From the NCBI GenBank assembly GCA_903821905.1, contig CAIJMQ010000018.1:1-37305 (forward strand): a DNA stretch of 37,305 bases. Reading direction: 5' to 3'. Below the pieces are notes generated by a model. It saw nothing but the letters and a program-made list of their open reading frames with translations, did not search any database and was not told the DNA's origin. The position numbers and the translations under genes were made by a program. Positions within the stretch are counted from its first letter, which is position 1; every line of letters begins with the position of its first letter. Positions 1-9,554 of the stretch are shown here, in pieces. This DNA comes from an uncultured bacterium (GTDB lineage: Bacteria; CAIJMQ01).

Positions 1-1
1 A

Positions 2-124
2 AGTTGCACGTTTGGCAGATTCTCGAGCATGATTTAACGAGGGAAGTAATACTGCAGCCAATATTCCTATAATAGCGACCACCACTAAAAGTTCTATCAG
101 GGTAAAACCTTGATGTTTATTCAT
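2..124 (-). CDS. Prepilin-type N-terminal cleavage/methylation domain protein (DUF1559-like pseudopilin), partial, runs off left edge
   Basis: Read manually, not in ORF track: [42 protein letters not shown]^FTLIE class III signal; GGGAGG RBS 5 nt upstream of the ATG at 124. Confidence 0.92.
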   Translation of the reverse strand, partial: MNKHQGFTLIELLVVVAIIGILAAVLLPSLNHARESAKRAT

Positions 125-167
125 CCGTTCCTCCCTTTTATAGTTATAACTTTACATTTTGATTATA

Positions 168-656
168 TTACAGCTTTTCAAGTTTATCAAACTTTGGCAT
201 ATTGCCTTCTGTGTTGGTTTTCGTTACTAAATGGAATACTGTTTTACTCATTTCTTGTTGTATTTCCTCTTGAGTAAGCTGAAGTGATTTTATCTGTTGC
301 GTATTGATGTATAGAAGCCCGCCCAGGAAAATTAGCAGCGCTATCAGAACTCCATTAAAAGCAAACGCAAATTTAAAGATAAAGCTATTTGATAACTTTC
401 TATCTTCAATTAGCTGTTTAGTTATAACTGTATTTAATTTATTTTCCAATTGCGGTAAATAGTTCTCCCAATATCCTTTAGAAGGTTTTTCTTTTGTTTT
501 GAGTTTTATCAGATTGTCTATTCGGGTCATGGCATTAAGATTTCCCATACATTTTTGACATTCAGCAAGGTGTTTCTTAATTTCATCTTTATCGGTTATA
601 TCCAAAGAATTGTCTAAGTAACCCGATAACAACTTCTCTATTTTATTGCAATTCAT
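168..656 (-). CDS. Zinc-binding (zf-HC2/ZAS) membrane anti-sigma factor
   Basis: N-terminal C..LLSGYLD..L....HLAECQKC (HxxxCxxC), one TM helix, directly downstream of an ECF sigma. Confidence 0.88.
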   Translation of the reverse strand: MNCNKIEKLLSGYLDNSLDITDKDEIKKHLAECQKCMGNLNAMTRIDNLIKLKTKEKPSKGYWENYLPQLENKLNTVITKQLIEDRKLSNSFIFKFAFAFNGVLIALLIFLGGLLYINTQQIKSLQLTQEEIQQEMSKTVFHLVTKTNTEGNMPKFDKLEKL

Positions 657-678
657 TTATATCTACCCCCTTTCTAAT

Positions 679-1218
679 TTATATATACACTAATTTTTCT
701 TTCAAGTTTTTTCTTGCCTGGAATAAACGCCAAGATATAGTTTTCTCCGGGCAACCTAAAATATTTGCTATTTCTCTATGGGGCAAACCTTCAAGTATGG
801 CCAACTCCACTACCATTCTTTGCTTTAGTGGTAAAGAACCTATGGCTTTTGTTATTTCTTCGTGTAACTGACGCTGTTCTTCAATTTCACCCGGGTCAGA
901 ATTATTTTCAATAGAGATATTCTCATCTAATGCAAATGTTTGCTTTCTCCCGATTTTCTTAAGGTGATTAATCGTCATATTCACAATTATTCTATATATC
1001 CACGTAGAAAAACTTGATTTCTCTTTAAAACTACCGATTGATTCATATGCTTTAATAAAAGCTTCTTGAGAAATATCGTCTGCATCGGCATGGCTATTCG
1101 TCATCCTATAAGCGACAAAATAAATTTGCTGTTTATATTTTTGCACCAATTTACCAAATGCATCTTTATCGCCTGCTTTCACTCTCTTAACCAACGCTAT
1201 ATCTTCATCTTTCCCCAC
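679..1218 (-). CDS. ECF RNA polymerase sigma-70 factor (RpoE/SigW-like)
   Basis: Region 2 (DADDISQEAFIKAY, FSTWIYRIIVN) and region 4 (LPLKQR..EIANILG..TISWRLFQAR); GTG start with AAGGAG RBS. Confidence 0.93.
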   Translation of the reverse strand: MGKDEDIALVKRVKAGDKDAFGKLVQKYKQQIYFVAYRMTNSHADADDISQEAFIKAYESIGSFKEKSSFSTWIYRIIVNMTINHLKKIGRKQTFALDENISIENNSDPGEIEEQRQLHEEITKAIGSLPLKQRMVVELAILEGLPHREIANILGCPEKTISWRLFQARKNLKEKLVYI

Positions 1219-1342
1219 TACCTACTCCTTAGTTTAGACAATTTTTATGTTAAATCCTTTGAATTATTTTTAGAAATTTTTCTTAATACGCAACGTGAGG
1301 ACTGATATAACAATCTTTGGTAGAAGTTGAATTAGTTGATAA

Positions 1343-2629
1343 TTACTCGCTAAATTCTATTCTACCTCCAACAATCGTGCATACAGCTTTTCCCTTGAAT
1401 TCCCATCCTATAAATGGAGAGTTTATGGAGAGAGATTTAATGTCTTCTTGCCTGAACTGCCATTGTTTCCGGGGATCCATTATAGCTAAATCCGCATCAT
1501 GCCCTATTTTTATTTGGCCTTTTTTCAAGTTCAGAATTTTTGCGGGATTGATTGTCAGTTTCTCGACTGCTTCGGAGAGTGTGAGTATTTCCCTTTCCAC
1601 CAATTGCTTCATCACAAGAGACAATGTGGTCTGAAGGCCTATCATCCCAAACGGAGCATTCTCATATTCAAACTCTTTTTCTGTTGAAAGATGGGGCGCA
1701 TGGTCTGAAACAATAGCATCAATCGTTCCGTCTTTAAGGCCTTTTTCTATTGCTTTTATGTCTTCTTTTGTTCTTAAGGGCGGATTTACTTTTGTATTTG
1801 TATCAAATGATTTAACTGCTTCTTCGGTTAATGTAAAGTGATGTGGAGTTACTTCGCAGGTAACTTTTACACCTCTTTTTTTTGCTTCTCTAATAAGTTC
1901 AACCGAACGTTTTGTTGACACATGGCAGATATGAAGCCGTGCACCTGTTAGTTCCGCGAGTAACAAATCCCTAGCGACCATTATTTCTTCTGACTCTTTT
2001 GGTATCCCTTGAAGCCCCAGAACAGTAGAAGTATAACCCTCATTCATACTTCCGCCGATTGACAGATTTTCATCCTCGCAGTGCTCAAGTATCGGGACAT
2101 TAAGCATTAAAGAATATTCCATAGCTCTGCGCATAAGCAGGGAATCTTTTACGCCTTTGCCATCATCTGAAAAACCAACAGCACCCAAGTTTTTAAGTTC
2201 AACCATTTCAGAAAGGGTTTCGCCTTTTCTTTCTTTTGTTATTGCTGCTATTGGATATATATTACAGTGAGCATCTCTTGCTTTTTCCAAGATAAAATCC
2301 AAGGTAGAGGCATTGTCTATGGGAGGAGTTGTGTTCGGCATACAGCAGATGCTTGTAAATCCGCCGTGGACTGCAGCGACACTGCCAGAAAGAATAGTTT
2401 CTACATTTTCTTTCCCGGGTTCGCGAAGATGTGTATGTATATCAATTAAACCAGGAAGAACTATCTTACCCTTTACATCTAAAACTTTTGCGTCTCTTGA
2501 TTTCAGATTTTTACCGATTTTAGAAAACTTCCCGCCTTCAATATAAATATCTAAAACTTTATCCGTTTTGGAAGAGGGGTCAATTACCCTGCCATTTTTA
2601 ATAAGAATTGCGCCTCTTGTTACCATCAT
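1343..2629 (-). CDS. pyrC: Dihydroorotase (type I, multifunctional-complex type)
   Basis: [40 protein letters not shown] motifs; overlaps pyrB by 4 bp. Confidence 0.96.
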   Translation of the reverse strand: MMVTRGAILIKNGRVIDPSSKTDKVLDIYIEGGKFSKIGKNLKSRDAKVLDVKGKIVLPGLIDIHTHLREPGKENVETILSGSVAAVHGGFTSICCMPNTTPPIDNASTLDFILEKARDAHCNIYPIAAITKERKGETLSEMVELKNLGAVGFSDDGKGVKDSLLMRRAMEYSLMLNVPILEHCEDENLSIGGSMNEGYTSTVLGLQGIPKESEEIMVARDLLLAELTGARLHICHVSTKRSVELIREAKKRGVKVTCEVTPHHFTLTEEAVKSFDTNTKVNPPLRTKEDIKAIEKGLKDGTIDAIVSDHAPHLSTEKEFEYENAPFGMIGLQTTLSLVMKQLVEREILTLSEAVEKLTINPAKILNLKKGQIKIGHDADLAIMDPRKQWQFRQEDIKSLSINSPFIGWEFKGKAVCTIVGGRIEFSE

Positions 2630-3606
2630 ATTCTCTTCCCTCCGGTTCTACGACCTATAGCCCCGTTTCGTTGAGAGGCATGGGTTGGAGATCCTCCGAG
2701 TAAGATATAAAGTATCGCCATCCTAACAGCCACACCATTTGTCACTTGCTCTAATATAACTGAATTCTTGCCGTCCGCAACTTCAGGGTCTATTTCTACT
2801 CCTCTATTTATTGGACCGGGATGCATAATAAGAACATCCTTTTTCGCCTTCTTTAATCTTTCCTTTGTGATACCAAAATATTGTCTGTATTCTCGTATAG
2901 ATGGGAAGAAGCTGCCTTTTTGTCTTTCCATTTGTATGCGTAGAGCCATTATTACATCAACTTTTTCTATGACCTCATCAAGTGAGTTAAATATTTTTAC
3001 TCCCATATTTGCGAGATATGGCGGTATGAATGTTGGAGGAGCTACTATGAAAACCTCCGCCCCCATTTTAGTTAATCCCCAGATATTTGAGCGAGCAACT
3101 CTGGAAAAACGAATATCGCCTATTATTGCAACTTTGAGATTCTGAAGTTTTCCTTTCTTTTCACGTATCGTGAACATATCAAGAAGTGCCTGCGTAGGAT
3201 GTTCATGTGCACCGTCTCCTGCATTGATTACAGGAACTGATAGTTTTTTTGCCAAAAGATGTGGTATTCCAGCGCCGCTGTGCCGGACTACAACAGCATC
3301 TATTTTCATTGCTTCAATGTTTAGTGCGGTATCAAGAAGAGTTTCGTTTTTAAGAACTGAAGAGCCAGATGTTGAGAAATTCACCGTGTCTGCAGAAAGC
3401 CGTTTCTCTGCCAGCTCGAAAGATATACGTGTGCGTGTTGATGGTTCGAAGAAAAGGTTAACTATTGTCTTACCTCGTAATATTGGAACTTTTTTGATAG
3501 GGCGTTCGGATACTTCCTTGAAAGAAATCGAAGTGTCTAGAATATGAATAATTTCATCTGGGTTTAGTTCTTCAATGCCAAGAAGGTCTTTTCTCTTCCA
3601 ATTCAT
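2626..3606 (-). CDS. pyrB: Aspartate carbamoyltransferase catalytic subunit
   Basis: [40 protein letters not shown] motifs. Confidence 0.97.
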   Translation of the reverse strand: MNWKRKDLLGIEELNPDEIIHILDTSISFKEVSERPIKKVPILRGKTIVNLFFEPSTRTRISFELAEKRLSADTVNFSTSGSSVLKNETLLDTALNIEAMKIDAVVVRHSGAGIPHLLAKKLSVPVINAGDGAHEHPTQALLDMFTIREKKGKLQNLKVAIIGDIRFSRVARSNIWGLTKMGAEVFIVAPPTFIPPYLANMGVKIFNSLDEVIEKVDVIMALRIQMERQKGSFFPSIREYRQYFGITKERLKKAKKDVLIMHPGPINRGVEIDPEVADGKNSVILEQVTNGVAVRMAILYILLGGSPTHASQRNGAIGRRTGGKRI

Positions 3607-4172
3607 CAGGATTTAGCTATTTCTTCTTTATCTAATTTCTGTTTCGTTGCTATTACTCCTTCTTTCCCATCTATTTCTTTGAGTTTTACTTCCACAATCT
3701 CGCCTGCATTTACAGCCATTTTCTTTGATATATAATCGGGCTGAATGGGCAATTCTCTTTCTCCTCTATCTATCAAAACAGCAAGGCGGATAGAGGCAGG
3801 TCTCCCGAAATCCATTAAAGCATCCATCGCCGCTCTTATCGTTCTCCCCGTGAAGAGAACATCGTCGACAAGTATAACATTTTTTCCGTTAATATCGAAA
3901 TCAATTTCGGTTTCACGCACTACCGGGTCAGGTCCCACAGAAGTGAAATCATCACGATAAAGAGTAATATCGAGAATCCCTAAAGGAACATCTGCGCCAG
4001 TTTCTTTTTTTATTTCTTTAACCATCCTGGAAGCAAGTATATTCCCCCTTGACCTTATGCCAACAATCACAAGTTTTGAAAGTGAAGGATAATCTTTGAT
4101 AACTTGAGCAGTTATCTTATCCCAAGCTTCTACCACTTCCTTCTCTTCCATCACATTCTTCTCAACCATCAA
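3606..4172 (-). CDS. pyrR: Bifunctional pyrimidine regulator PyrR / uracil phosphoribosyltransferase
   Basis: [40 protein letters not shown]; start is TTG 4172 or ATG 4169. Confidence 0.95.
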   Translation of the reverse strand: MMVEKNVMEEKEVVEAWDKITAQVIKDYPSLSKLVIVGIRSRGNILASRMVKEIKKETGADVPLGILDITLYRDDFTSVGPDPVVRETEIDFDINGKNVILVDDVLFTGRTIRAAMDALMDFGRPASIRLAVLIDRGERELPIQPDYISKKMAVNAGEIVEVKLKEIDGKEGVIATKQKLDKEEIAKS

Positions 4173-4195
4173 TAATAACTCCTTCTAAGTTGGGG

Positions 4196-4224
4196 AAAAT
4201 ATCAAAATCACGAGTAATAGTCAA
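4196..4224 (-). promoter_or_regulatory. Putative sigma70 promoter for the pyrR-pyrB-pyrC operon
   Basis: TTGACT-17 bp-TATTTT with an extended -10 TG on the minus strand. Confidence 0.5.
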
Positions 4225-4244
4225 ATGGAGAAGGCATTGTTTGT

Positions 4245-4273
4245 TTGACTCAAAAAGTAGAAAATGCTATGCT
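4245..4273 (+). promoter_or_regulatory. Putative sigma70 promoter for tRNA-Asn
   Basis: TTGACT-17 bp-TATGCT with an extended -10 TG, about 43 nt upstream of the tRNA. Confidence 0.55.
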
Positions 4274-4316
4274 GCCAACATTAACAGGTCTTTGATTTTA
4301 TTAATAATCAGAAATT

Positions 4317-4389
4317 TCCCTGGTAGCTCAATCGGTAGAGCGGGTGGCTGTTAACCACTAGGTCGGGGGTTCGAGTCCCTCCCAGGGAG
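4317..4389 (+). tRNA. tRNA-Asn (GTT)
   Basis: Cloverleaf: TCCCTGG/CCAGGGA acceptor stem, D arm GCTCAATCGGTAGAGC, anticodon loop CTGTTAA, T loop TTCGAGT; CCA not encoded. Confidence 0.97.
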
Positions 4390-4614
4390 CTAAAGATTGC
4401 TATCTGTGCGGTTGAGAATTGTGTTGAAAAAGTTTTGTATATATTACTCGGTTTTTCTACCTTCCTATATAGAGTTCTGAAGTAATAACTGTAAATGGGG
4501 ATTCTTTATTTTATCCCCGAATTTACAAACAGCTCATAAACCTGGCTAGCCCAATTGTAACAGTATTTTGCAGTTAAATAAGTAAGAACATTTTTTGAAG
4601 GAGAATATTAAAAA

Positions 4615-5688
4615 ATGAAAATAGGACTTATAGGCCTGCCACAAGCAGGGAAGAAAACACTTTTCAGACTGCTTACGCAATACACATTTTCCGAGAAAGA
4701 TTTAGTTTCCAGTAAAACTGTTGAAAGCCTTGCTCAAATAAAAGACCCCAGGTTTGACCATCTTGCTTCGGCATATAAACCTAAAAAAATTACCCGTGCT
4801 CGAGTTGACATTGAATTACTCCCCAATTTAGAACCTGATTCAATAGAGAAGGGAAACATATTTAAAGATATTTCTGAACTTGATGCTGTTTGTCATGTAG
4901 TTAGGGCTTTCAATGATGATACTGTTTATCATATAAATGGCTCGGTAGATTTCACGCGTGACATAGACAGTGTTAATTCCGAGCTTATACTTAATGACCT
5001 GCTTTTTATCGAAAAAAGATTGGAGCGTATAGAAAATAATTTAAAGAGAATTAAAGACGTGGAGGCAATAAAAGAAAAAGAGCTTTTACTCAAGCTTAAA
5101 GCACAATTGGACAAGGAACTGCCTCTTCGGTTAATTAACCTAACTGACCAGGAAGCAAAGATTATTACGAGTTACCCGTTTATTACCGCAAAAAAGATGA
5201 TAGTTGTATTGAACGTTTCTGAAAACGAAATTAACAATACCGTGAATCTTGAAAAATTGAATAAGGAATATCAAGATAGAGATATTTACATTCTGCAAAT
5301 TTGTGCAAAAGTAGAATCAGAAATTGCTGAACTTGGAACTAACCAGGAGAGAGAAGAATTTCTTACAGTGCTTGGGATTAAGGAACCCGCGATAGATGCT
5401 CTAACACGCACGTGCATAAAGGCACTGGATTTGATATCTTTTTTTACAGTCGGTTCCGATGAAGTCCGGCAATGGCTGGTAAAAGCAAATTCATCAGCCC
5501 CCGTAGCAGCAGGTGTTATACACAGCGATTTGCAAAAAGGATTTATTCGGGCTGAGGTAATGAAATATGCTGATTTCTCAGCTCTGGGAAGCGAAGACAA
5601 ATTAAGACAAGCAGGCAAGGTTTCCCTTAAAGGGAAAGATTATATCGTTGAAGACGGCGATATAATGGATATTAAATTTAATGTTTGA
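4615..5688 (+). CDS. ychF: YchF/OLA1-family ATPase (atypical G motifs)
   Basis: N-terminal GLIGLPQAGKKT, HVVRAF, NVSE (G4); C-terminal TGS/DUF933 FFTVGSDEVRQW..AGVIHSDLQKGFIRAEV..GKDYIVEDGDI..FNV. Confidence 0.85.
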   Translation: MKIGLIGLPQAGKKTLFRLLTQYTFSEKDLVSSKTVESLAQIKDPRFDHLASAYKPKKITRARVDIELLPNLEPDSIEKGNIFKDISELDAVCHVVRAFNDDTVYHINGSVDFTRDIDSVNSELILNDLLFIEKRLERIENNLKRIKDVEAIKEKELLLKLKAQLDKELPLRLINLTDQEAKIITSYPFITAKKMIVVLNVSENEINNTVNLEKLNKEYQDRDIYILQICAKVESEIAELGTNQEREEFLTVLGIKEPAIDALTRTCIKALDLISFFTVGSDEVRQWLVKANSSAPVAAGVIHSDLQKGFIRAEVMKYADFSALGSEDKLRQAGKVSLKGKDYIVEDGDIMDIKFNV

Positions 5689-5799
5689 TTGCTTTCCCCT
5701 CAATTACTTGTTTTATATTTTTAAATATGGTAGTATGATGTCCAGATTGATTAAGCGAGTGGTAGTATTTGGAATTATAAATTTTTCTAAAGAGATTAT

Positions 5800-5828
5800 G
5801 CCTCGGCATTTTATGTCGAGGTTTTTTT
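5800..5828 (+). terminator. Rho-independent terminator
   Basis: GCCTCGGCAT-TTT-ATGTCGAGGT hairpin followed by a T-tract. Confidence 0.75.
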
Positions 5829-5865
5829 ATTTATAATAGAAAAAGAATAAAAAAAGGAGGAAAAG

Positions 5866-6543
5866 ATGGGGAATTTAGGAGAGATGTTAGTAGTACCTGC
5901 AAAAACGATGCTTACGCAAGTGGGCAATTTTGCGGTCAGCATACTGCTGGTACTTGTTATTCTTCTTGTTGGTTGGCTTATCTCCAAGTTTATCATAAAG
6001 GTTGGTGTTACCAAGATATTAGAACTATTAAAACTTGATAAGCTTTCCAAGAGCATCGAGTTTGATGATTTATTGGCAAAGGGAGGCATAAGTATTTCAC
6101 TATCCGAGTTAGTAGGAGTAATCTGTTATTGGATAGCCTTGTTGATTACTTTTATGGTTGCTCTCAATGCGGTAGGGTTAGTTATAGCTGCCAATCTATT
6201 AAATCAAATAGTGCTTTTCATACCTAATATTATAGCAGCCATATTTATCCTGGTAGCCGGGATGTTTGTAGCTGTAACATTGAAAACTATAGTGAAAACT
6301 GCCGCCGGAAACGCCGGGATATCTCAGGCTGCTCTCTTAAGCAAAATTACAGAAGTTGTAATTATGGTATTTGCTATTGCCATGGCTTTAGAACAACTGC
6401 AGATCGGCACCACAATTATCAATACCGTGATAACCATTATATTGGGTTCATTGGGCTTGGGATTTGCGCTGGCATTGGGCTTGGGCTGTAAGGATATTGT
6501 TGGTAAATCTGTAGCGGAATTTATTAATAAGTTGAAAAAATAA
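5866..6543 (+). CDS. Conserved TM-helix repeat membrane protein (CmpX/MscS-associated TM family)
   Basis: Two repeated units (ILLVGWLISK / ILVAGMFVAV; FIPNIIAAIFIL), C-terminal ALALGLGCKD; strong AAGGAGG RBS; adjacent to mscL. Confidence 0.8.
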   Translation: MGNLGEMLVVPAKTMLTQVGNFAVSILLVLVILLVGWLISKFIIKVGVTKILELLKLDKLSKSIEFDDLLAKGGISISLSELVGVICYWIALLITFMVALNAVGLVIAANLLNQIVLFIPNIIAAIFILVAGMFVAVTLKTIVKTAAGNAGISQAALLSKITEVVIMVFAIAMALEQLQIGTTIINTVITIILGSLGLGFALALGLGCKDIVGKSVAEFINKLKK

Positions 6544-6576
6544 ATAGACATTATATAATATAACTTAAAGTCCATT

Positions 6577-6617
6577 AACCCTCTGTGATAGAATATATTG
6601 CAGAGGGTTTTTGTTTA
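6577..6617 (+). terminator. Rho-independent terminator
   Basis: AACCCTCTGTGATA..TATTGCAGAGGGTT stem followed by TTTGTTT. Confidence 0.7.
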
Positions 6618-6644
6618 TAACAAAAATAAAAGGGGGATTTTTAG

Positions 6645-6998
6645 ATGTCTATTATTAAAGAGTTTAAGGAGTTTATAGGCAAAGGAAATGCGGTCGATAT
6701 GGCAATAGGTATCATAATCGGTGCCGCTTTCGGTAAAATTGTTACTTCTTTAGTAAACGACGTTGTCATGCCTCCTTTAGGAATATTGGTTGGTGGGGTT
6801 GATTTTAAGAATCTAAGGGCAACACTTAAAGCGGCGACAGATAATACACCAGCAGTTACTTTAAATTATGGGCAATTCATAAATACAGTGATTGATTTCT
6901 TGATTGTAGCATTTGTTATTTTCTTAATGATAAAAGGAATTAATAGTCTAAATAGACAAGTTCAAGCGAAAACAGTAGATGGGAAAAAGGCCAAGTAA
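6645..6998 (+). CDS. mscL: Large-conductance mechanosensitive channel
   Basis: [58 protein letters not shown]. Confidence 0.97.
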   Translation: MSIIKEFKEFIGKGNAVDMAIGIIIGAAFGKIVTSLVNDVVMPPLGILVGGVDFKNLRATLKAATDNTPAVTLNYGQFINTVIDFLIVAFVIFLMIKGINSLNRQVQAKTVDGKKAK

Positions 6999-7044
6999 CA
7001 ATTAAAAAGATTTGAAATATTTTTTTTATTTTGTTAGCATATAA

Positions 7045-7134
7045 TTGACGTCTCAAAACTGGCGGGTAACCTTTACACATGGAATAACCATGGGGAATTG
7101 AGATGTCATTAGTTCATGCCGCCCGCCTGGGCAA
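7045..7134 (+). ncRNA. ZMP/ZTP riboswitch (pfl RNA motif)
   Basis: P1 TGACGTCTCAA/TTGAGATGTCA enclosing ACTGGCG and TGGAATAACCATGGGGA; P3 TGCCGCCCGCCTGGGCA whose CGCC can pseudoknot with GGCG; sits in the pflB leader. Confidence 0.92.
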
Positions 7135-7193
7135 ATACAAGCTGTTTACCAGGCTGGCAAACCTTCTAAAGGTAACAGCTCCGGGAGTTTAAA

Positions 7194-9425
7194 ATGAAGA
7201 AGAGTACCTGGAGAAATTTCAAAGGTCATCTCTGGCAAAGAGAGATAAACGTCAGGGATTTCATTCAGAACAACTACATTCCTTACAATGGAGATTCATC
7301 TTTCCTAAAAGGTCCCACAAACAGAACGCAAAATCTTAAAAGTAAAGTCGATAAACTATTCAAGCTTGAAAAAAAGAAAGGCGGAGTGCTTGACATAGAT
7401 ACAAAAACCGTATCTTCGCTCTTGACTTACGGTCCCGGTTACATAGACAAAAAAAACGAAATCATAGTAGGGCTTCAAACCGATAAACCATTAAAGAGAG
7501 GAGTCAATCCTTTCGGCGGGATAAAGATGGTCAGGAAGTCCTGCCAAGCCTATGGCTACAAGCTGGATAAAAGAATAGAAGATTACTTCCATTTCAGGAC
7601 TACACACAACGACGGAGTATTTAGGGTTTATACTGAAGAAATGAAAAAAGCGAGGGAAAACGGGGTCATAACCGGTCTTCCTGATGCTTACGGTAGAGGA
7701 AGAATTATAGGTGATTATAGGAGAGTCCCCCTTTATGGTGTAGATTTCCTTATAGAAAAAAAGCGTGCTGACAGAAATCTGCTGGGCAGAAAGTTAATGG
7801 ACAAAGAAAATATAAAACTTTCCGAGGAACTTTACAGCCAGATCGATTTTTTGGATAAGCTCAAGGATATGGCAAAGATGTATGGATTCAACATCTCCAG
7901 GCCAGCTTCAAATTCTGTAGAGGCAACTCAGTGGTTATATTTTGCATATTTGGGTGCAATAAAAGAACAGAACGGCGCCGCAATGTCGCTGGGCAGAATA
8001 AACACTTTCCTGGATATTTATTTTGAACGCGATTTAAAAGAAGGCTTATTAACCGAAGAAAATGTGCAGGAAACAATAGATGATTTCGTAATAAAACTGA
8101 GAATGGCAAGACAATTAAGAACCCCTGAATACGACGAACTTTTTGCCGGAGACCCGTTATGGATAACTGAATCCGTAGGAGGTATGGGAACAAATGGGAA
8201 AACACTTGTAACAAAAAGTTCTTTCAGGTTCTTAAATACTTTATATAATCTCGGCTCGTCATCAGAGCCAAATCTTACTGTTTTATGGTCAAAGAAGCTC
8301 CCCAAAAATTTCAAACAATTCTGCGCAAAAGTATCAATTGAAACAAATTCTATCCAATACGAAAATGACGACATGATGAGACCTCTTTATGGTGACGATT
8401 ATGGGATAGCTTGTTGTGTCTCTGCGATGAAATTAGGGAAACAGATGCAATATTTCGGTGCACGCTGCAACCTTCCCAAGGTTTTACTTATGGCTCTCAA
8501 CGGAGGGAAAGATGAGTTGACCGGAGAACAAATCGGACCAAAGTTACCTGTTTATAAAACCGAGAAACTTGATTACAAAGAGGTAATGAAGAGGTATAAC
8601 TTCTACCAGAAATGGCTCTGCAATCTTTATGTAAATACAATGAATGTAATACATTTCATGCACGATAAATATGCTTACGAGAAACTGCAGATGGCACTCC
8701 ACGACACGGATGTGGAAAGATTTATGGCTTTCGGAATCGCAGGATTATCTGTAATTGCAGATTCAATTAGCGCCATTAAATACGCAAATGTTAAGCCGAC
8801 ATATGGTAAAAACGGGCTTATTACAGATTTTAAAATTAATGGTGATTTTCCCAAATATGGGAACGATGATAACAGGGTGGATATGATGGCGACAAAAATA
8901 GTGACGGATTTTTATAATAATCTCAAGAAAACTCCAGCATATAGAAATTCAAAACATACTTTATCGATTCTGACAATAACTTCAAACATTGTTTACGGTA
9001 AAAAAACAGGCGCTACTCCCGACGGTAGAAAAAAGGGACAACCATTTGCTCCAGGTGCAAACCCTATGCATCAGAGAGATTCTGCCGGAGCACTAGCATC
9101 TTTGAATTCGGTATCCAAAATACCATATCAATGCTGTAGAGATGGGATTTCCAACACTTTCAGTATTCTTCCCAGTGTTATAGGGAAAGGGATACACGAA
9201 CAAATAGATAATCTTGTAACGATGCTAGACGGATATTTCTTAAAAGGCGGACACCATCTAAACGTAAATGTACTAAACAGGGAGCAACTTGTTGATGCGA
9301 TGAAAAACCCACAGAAGTATCCCAATCTTACCATAAGAGTTTCCGGTTATGCGGTCAATTTCCACAAACTTAGTAAACAACAACAGAAAGAAGTCATCTC
9401 ACGAACCTTCCATTGCAGTATTTAA
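7194..9425 (+). CDS. pflB: Pyruvate formate-lyase (formate C-acetyltransferase)
   Basis: [17 protein letters not shown], catalytic IACCVS, glycyl-radical motif TIRVSGYAV. Confidence 0.98.
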   Translation: MKKSTWRNFKGHLWQREINVRDFIQNNYIPYNGDSSFLKGPTNRTQNLKSKVDKLFKLEKKKGGVLDIDTKTVSSLLTYGPGYIDKKNEIIVGLQTDKPLKRGVNPFGGIKMVRKSCQAYGYKLDKRIEDYFHFRTTHNDGVFRVYTEEMKKARENGVITGLPDAYGRGRIIGDYRRVPLYGVDFLIEKKRADRNLLGRKLMDKENIKLSEELYSQIDFLDKLKDMAKMYGFNISRPASNSVEATQWLYFAYLGAIKEQNGAAMSLGRINTFLDIYFERDLKEGLLTEENVQETIDDFVIKLRMARQLRTPEYDELFAGDPLWITESVGGMGTNGKTLVTKSSFRFLNTLYNLGSSSEPNLTVLWSKKLPKNFKQFCAKVSIETNSIQYENDDMMRPLYGDDYGIACCVSAMKLGKQMQYFGARCNLPKVLLMALNGGKDELTGEQIGPKLPVYKTEKLDYKEVMKRYNFYQKWLCNLYVNTMNVIHFMHDKYAYEKLQMALHDTDVERFMAFGIAGLSVIADSISAIKYANVKPTYGKNGLITDFKINGDFPKYGNDDNRVDMMATKIVTDFYNNLKKTPAYRNSKHTLSILTITSNIVYGKKTGATPDGRKKGQPFAPGANPMHQRDSAGALASLNSVSKIPYQCCRDGISNTFSILPSVIGKGIHEQIDNLVTMLDGYFLKGGHHLNVNVLNREQLVDAMKNPQKYPNLTIRVSGYAVNFHKLSKQQQKEVISRTFHCSI

Positions 9426-9433
9426 TAAAATAT

Positions 9434-9538
9434 GATTACGGAGATTATTAACTGTAGATTACAGAGATTAAAAACTGCCAAATTACACAGACAAACAAAA
9501 TCTTTAATCGCTGAAATCTTTTAGAAATCTCTGCAATC
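9434..9538. repeat. Nested inverted array of 13-bp GATTRCRGAGATT-like units
   Basis: GATTACGGAGATT (9434), GATTACAGAGATT (9457), AATTACACAGAC (9481), then inverted AATCGCTGAAATC (9506) and AATCTCTGCAATC (9526). Confidence 0.7.
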
Positions 9539-9554
9539 AAATGTTTTAGATTAT

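Noticed and set aside
1225-1265. Possible ECF autoregulatory promoter (GTCTAA -10-like, minus strand)
   Set aside because: No convincing AAC-containing -35 element at suitable spacing.
1066-3960. Plus-strand ORFs antisense to the sigma and pyr genes (e.g. 1317-1634, 2768-3145, 3170-3547)
   Set aside because: Shadow frames of well-conserved genes, with no motifs or RBS.
4317-4389. tRNA-Asn as an integration site for a genomic island
   Set aside because: No integrase, and no duplicated tRNA 3' end noticed in the window.
9434-9538. CRISPR-like array
   Set aside because: Units are only 13 bp, partly inverted, with short irregular spacers and no cas genes.
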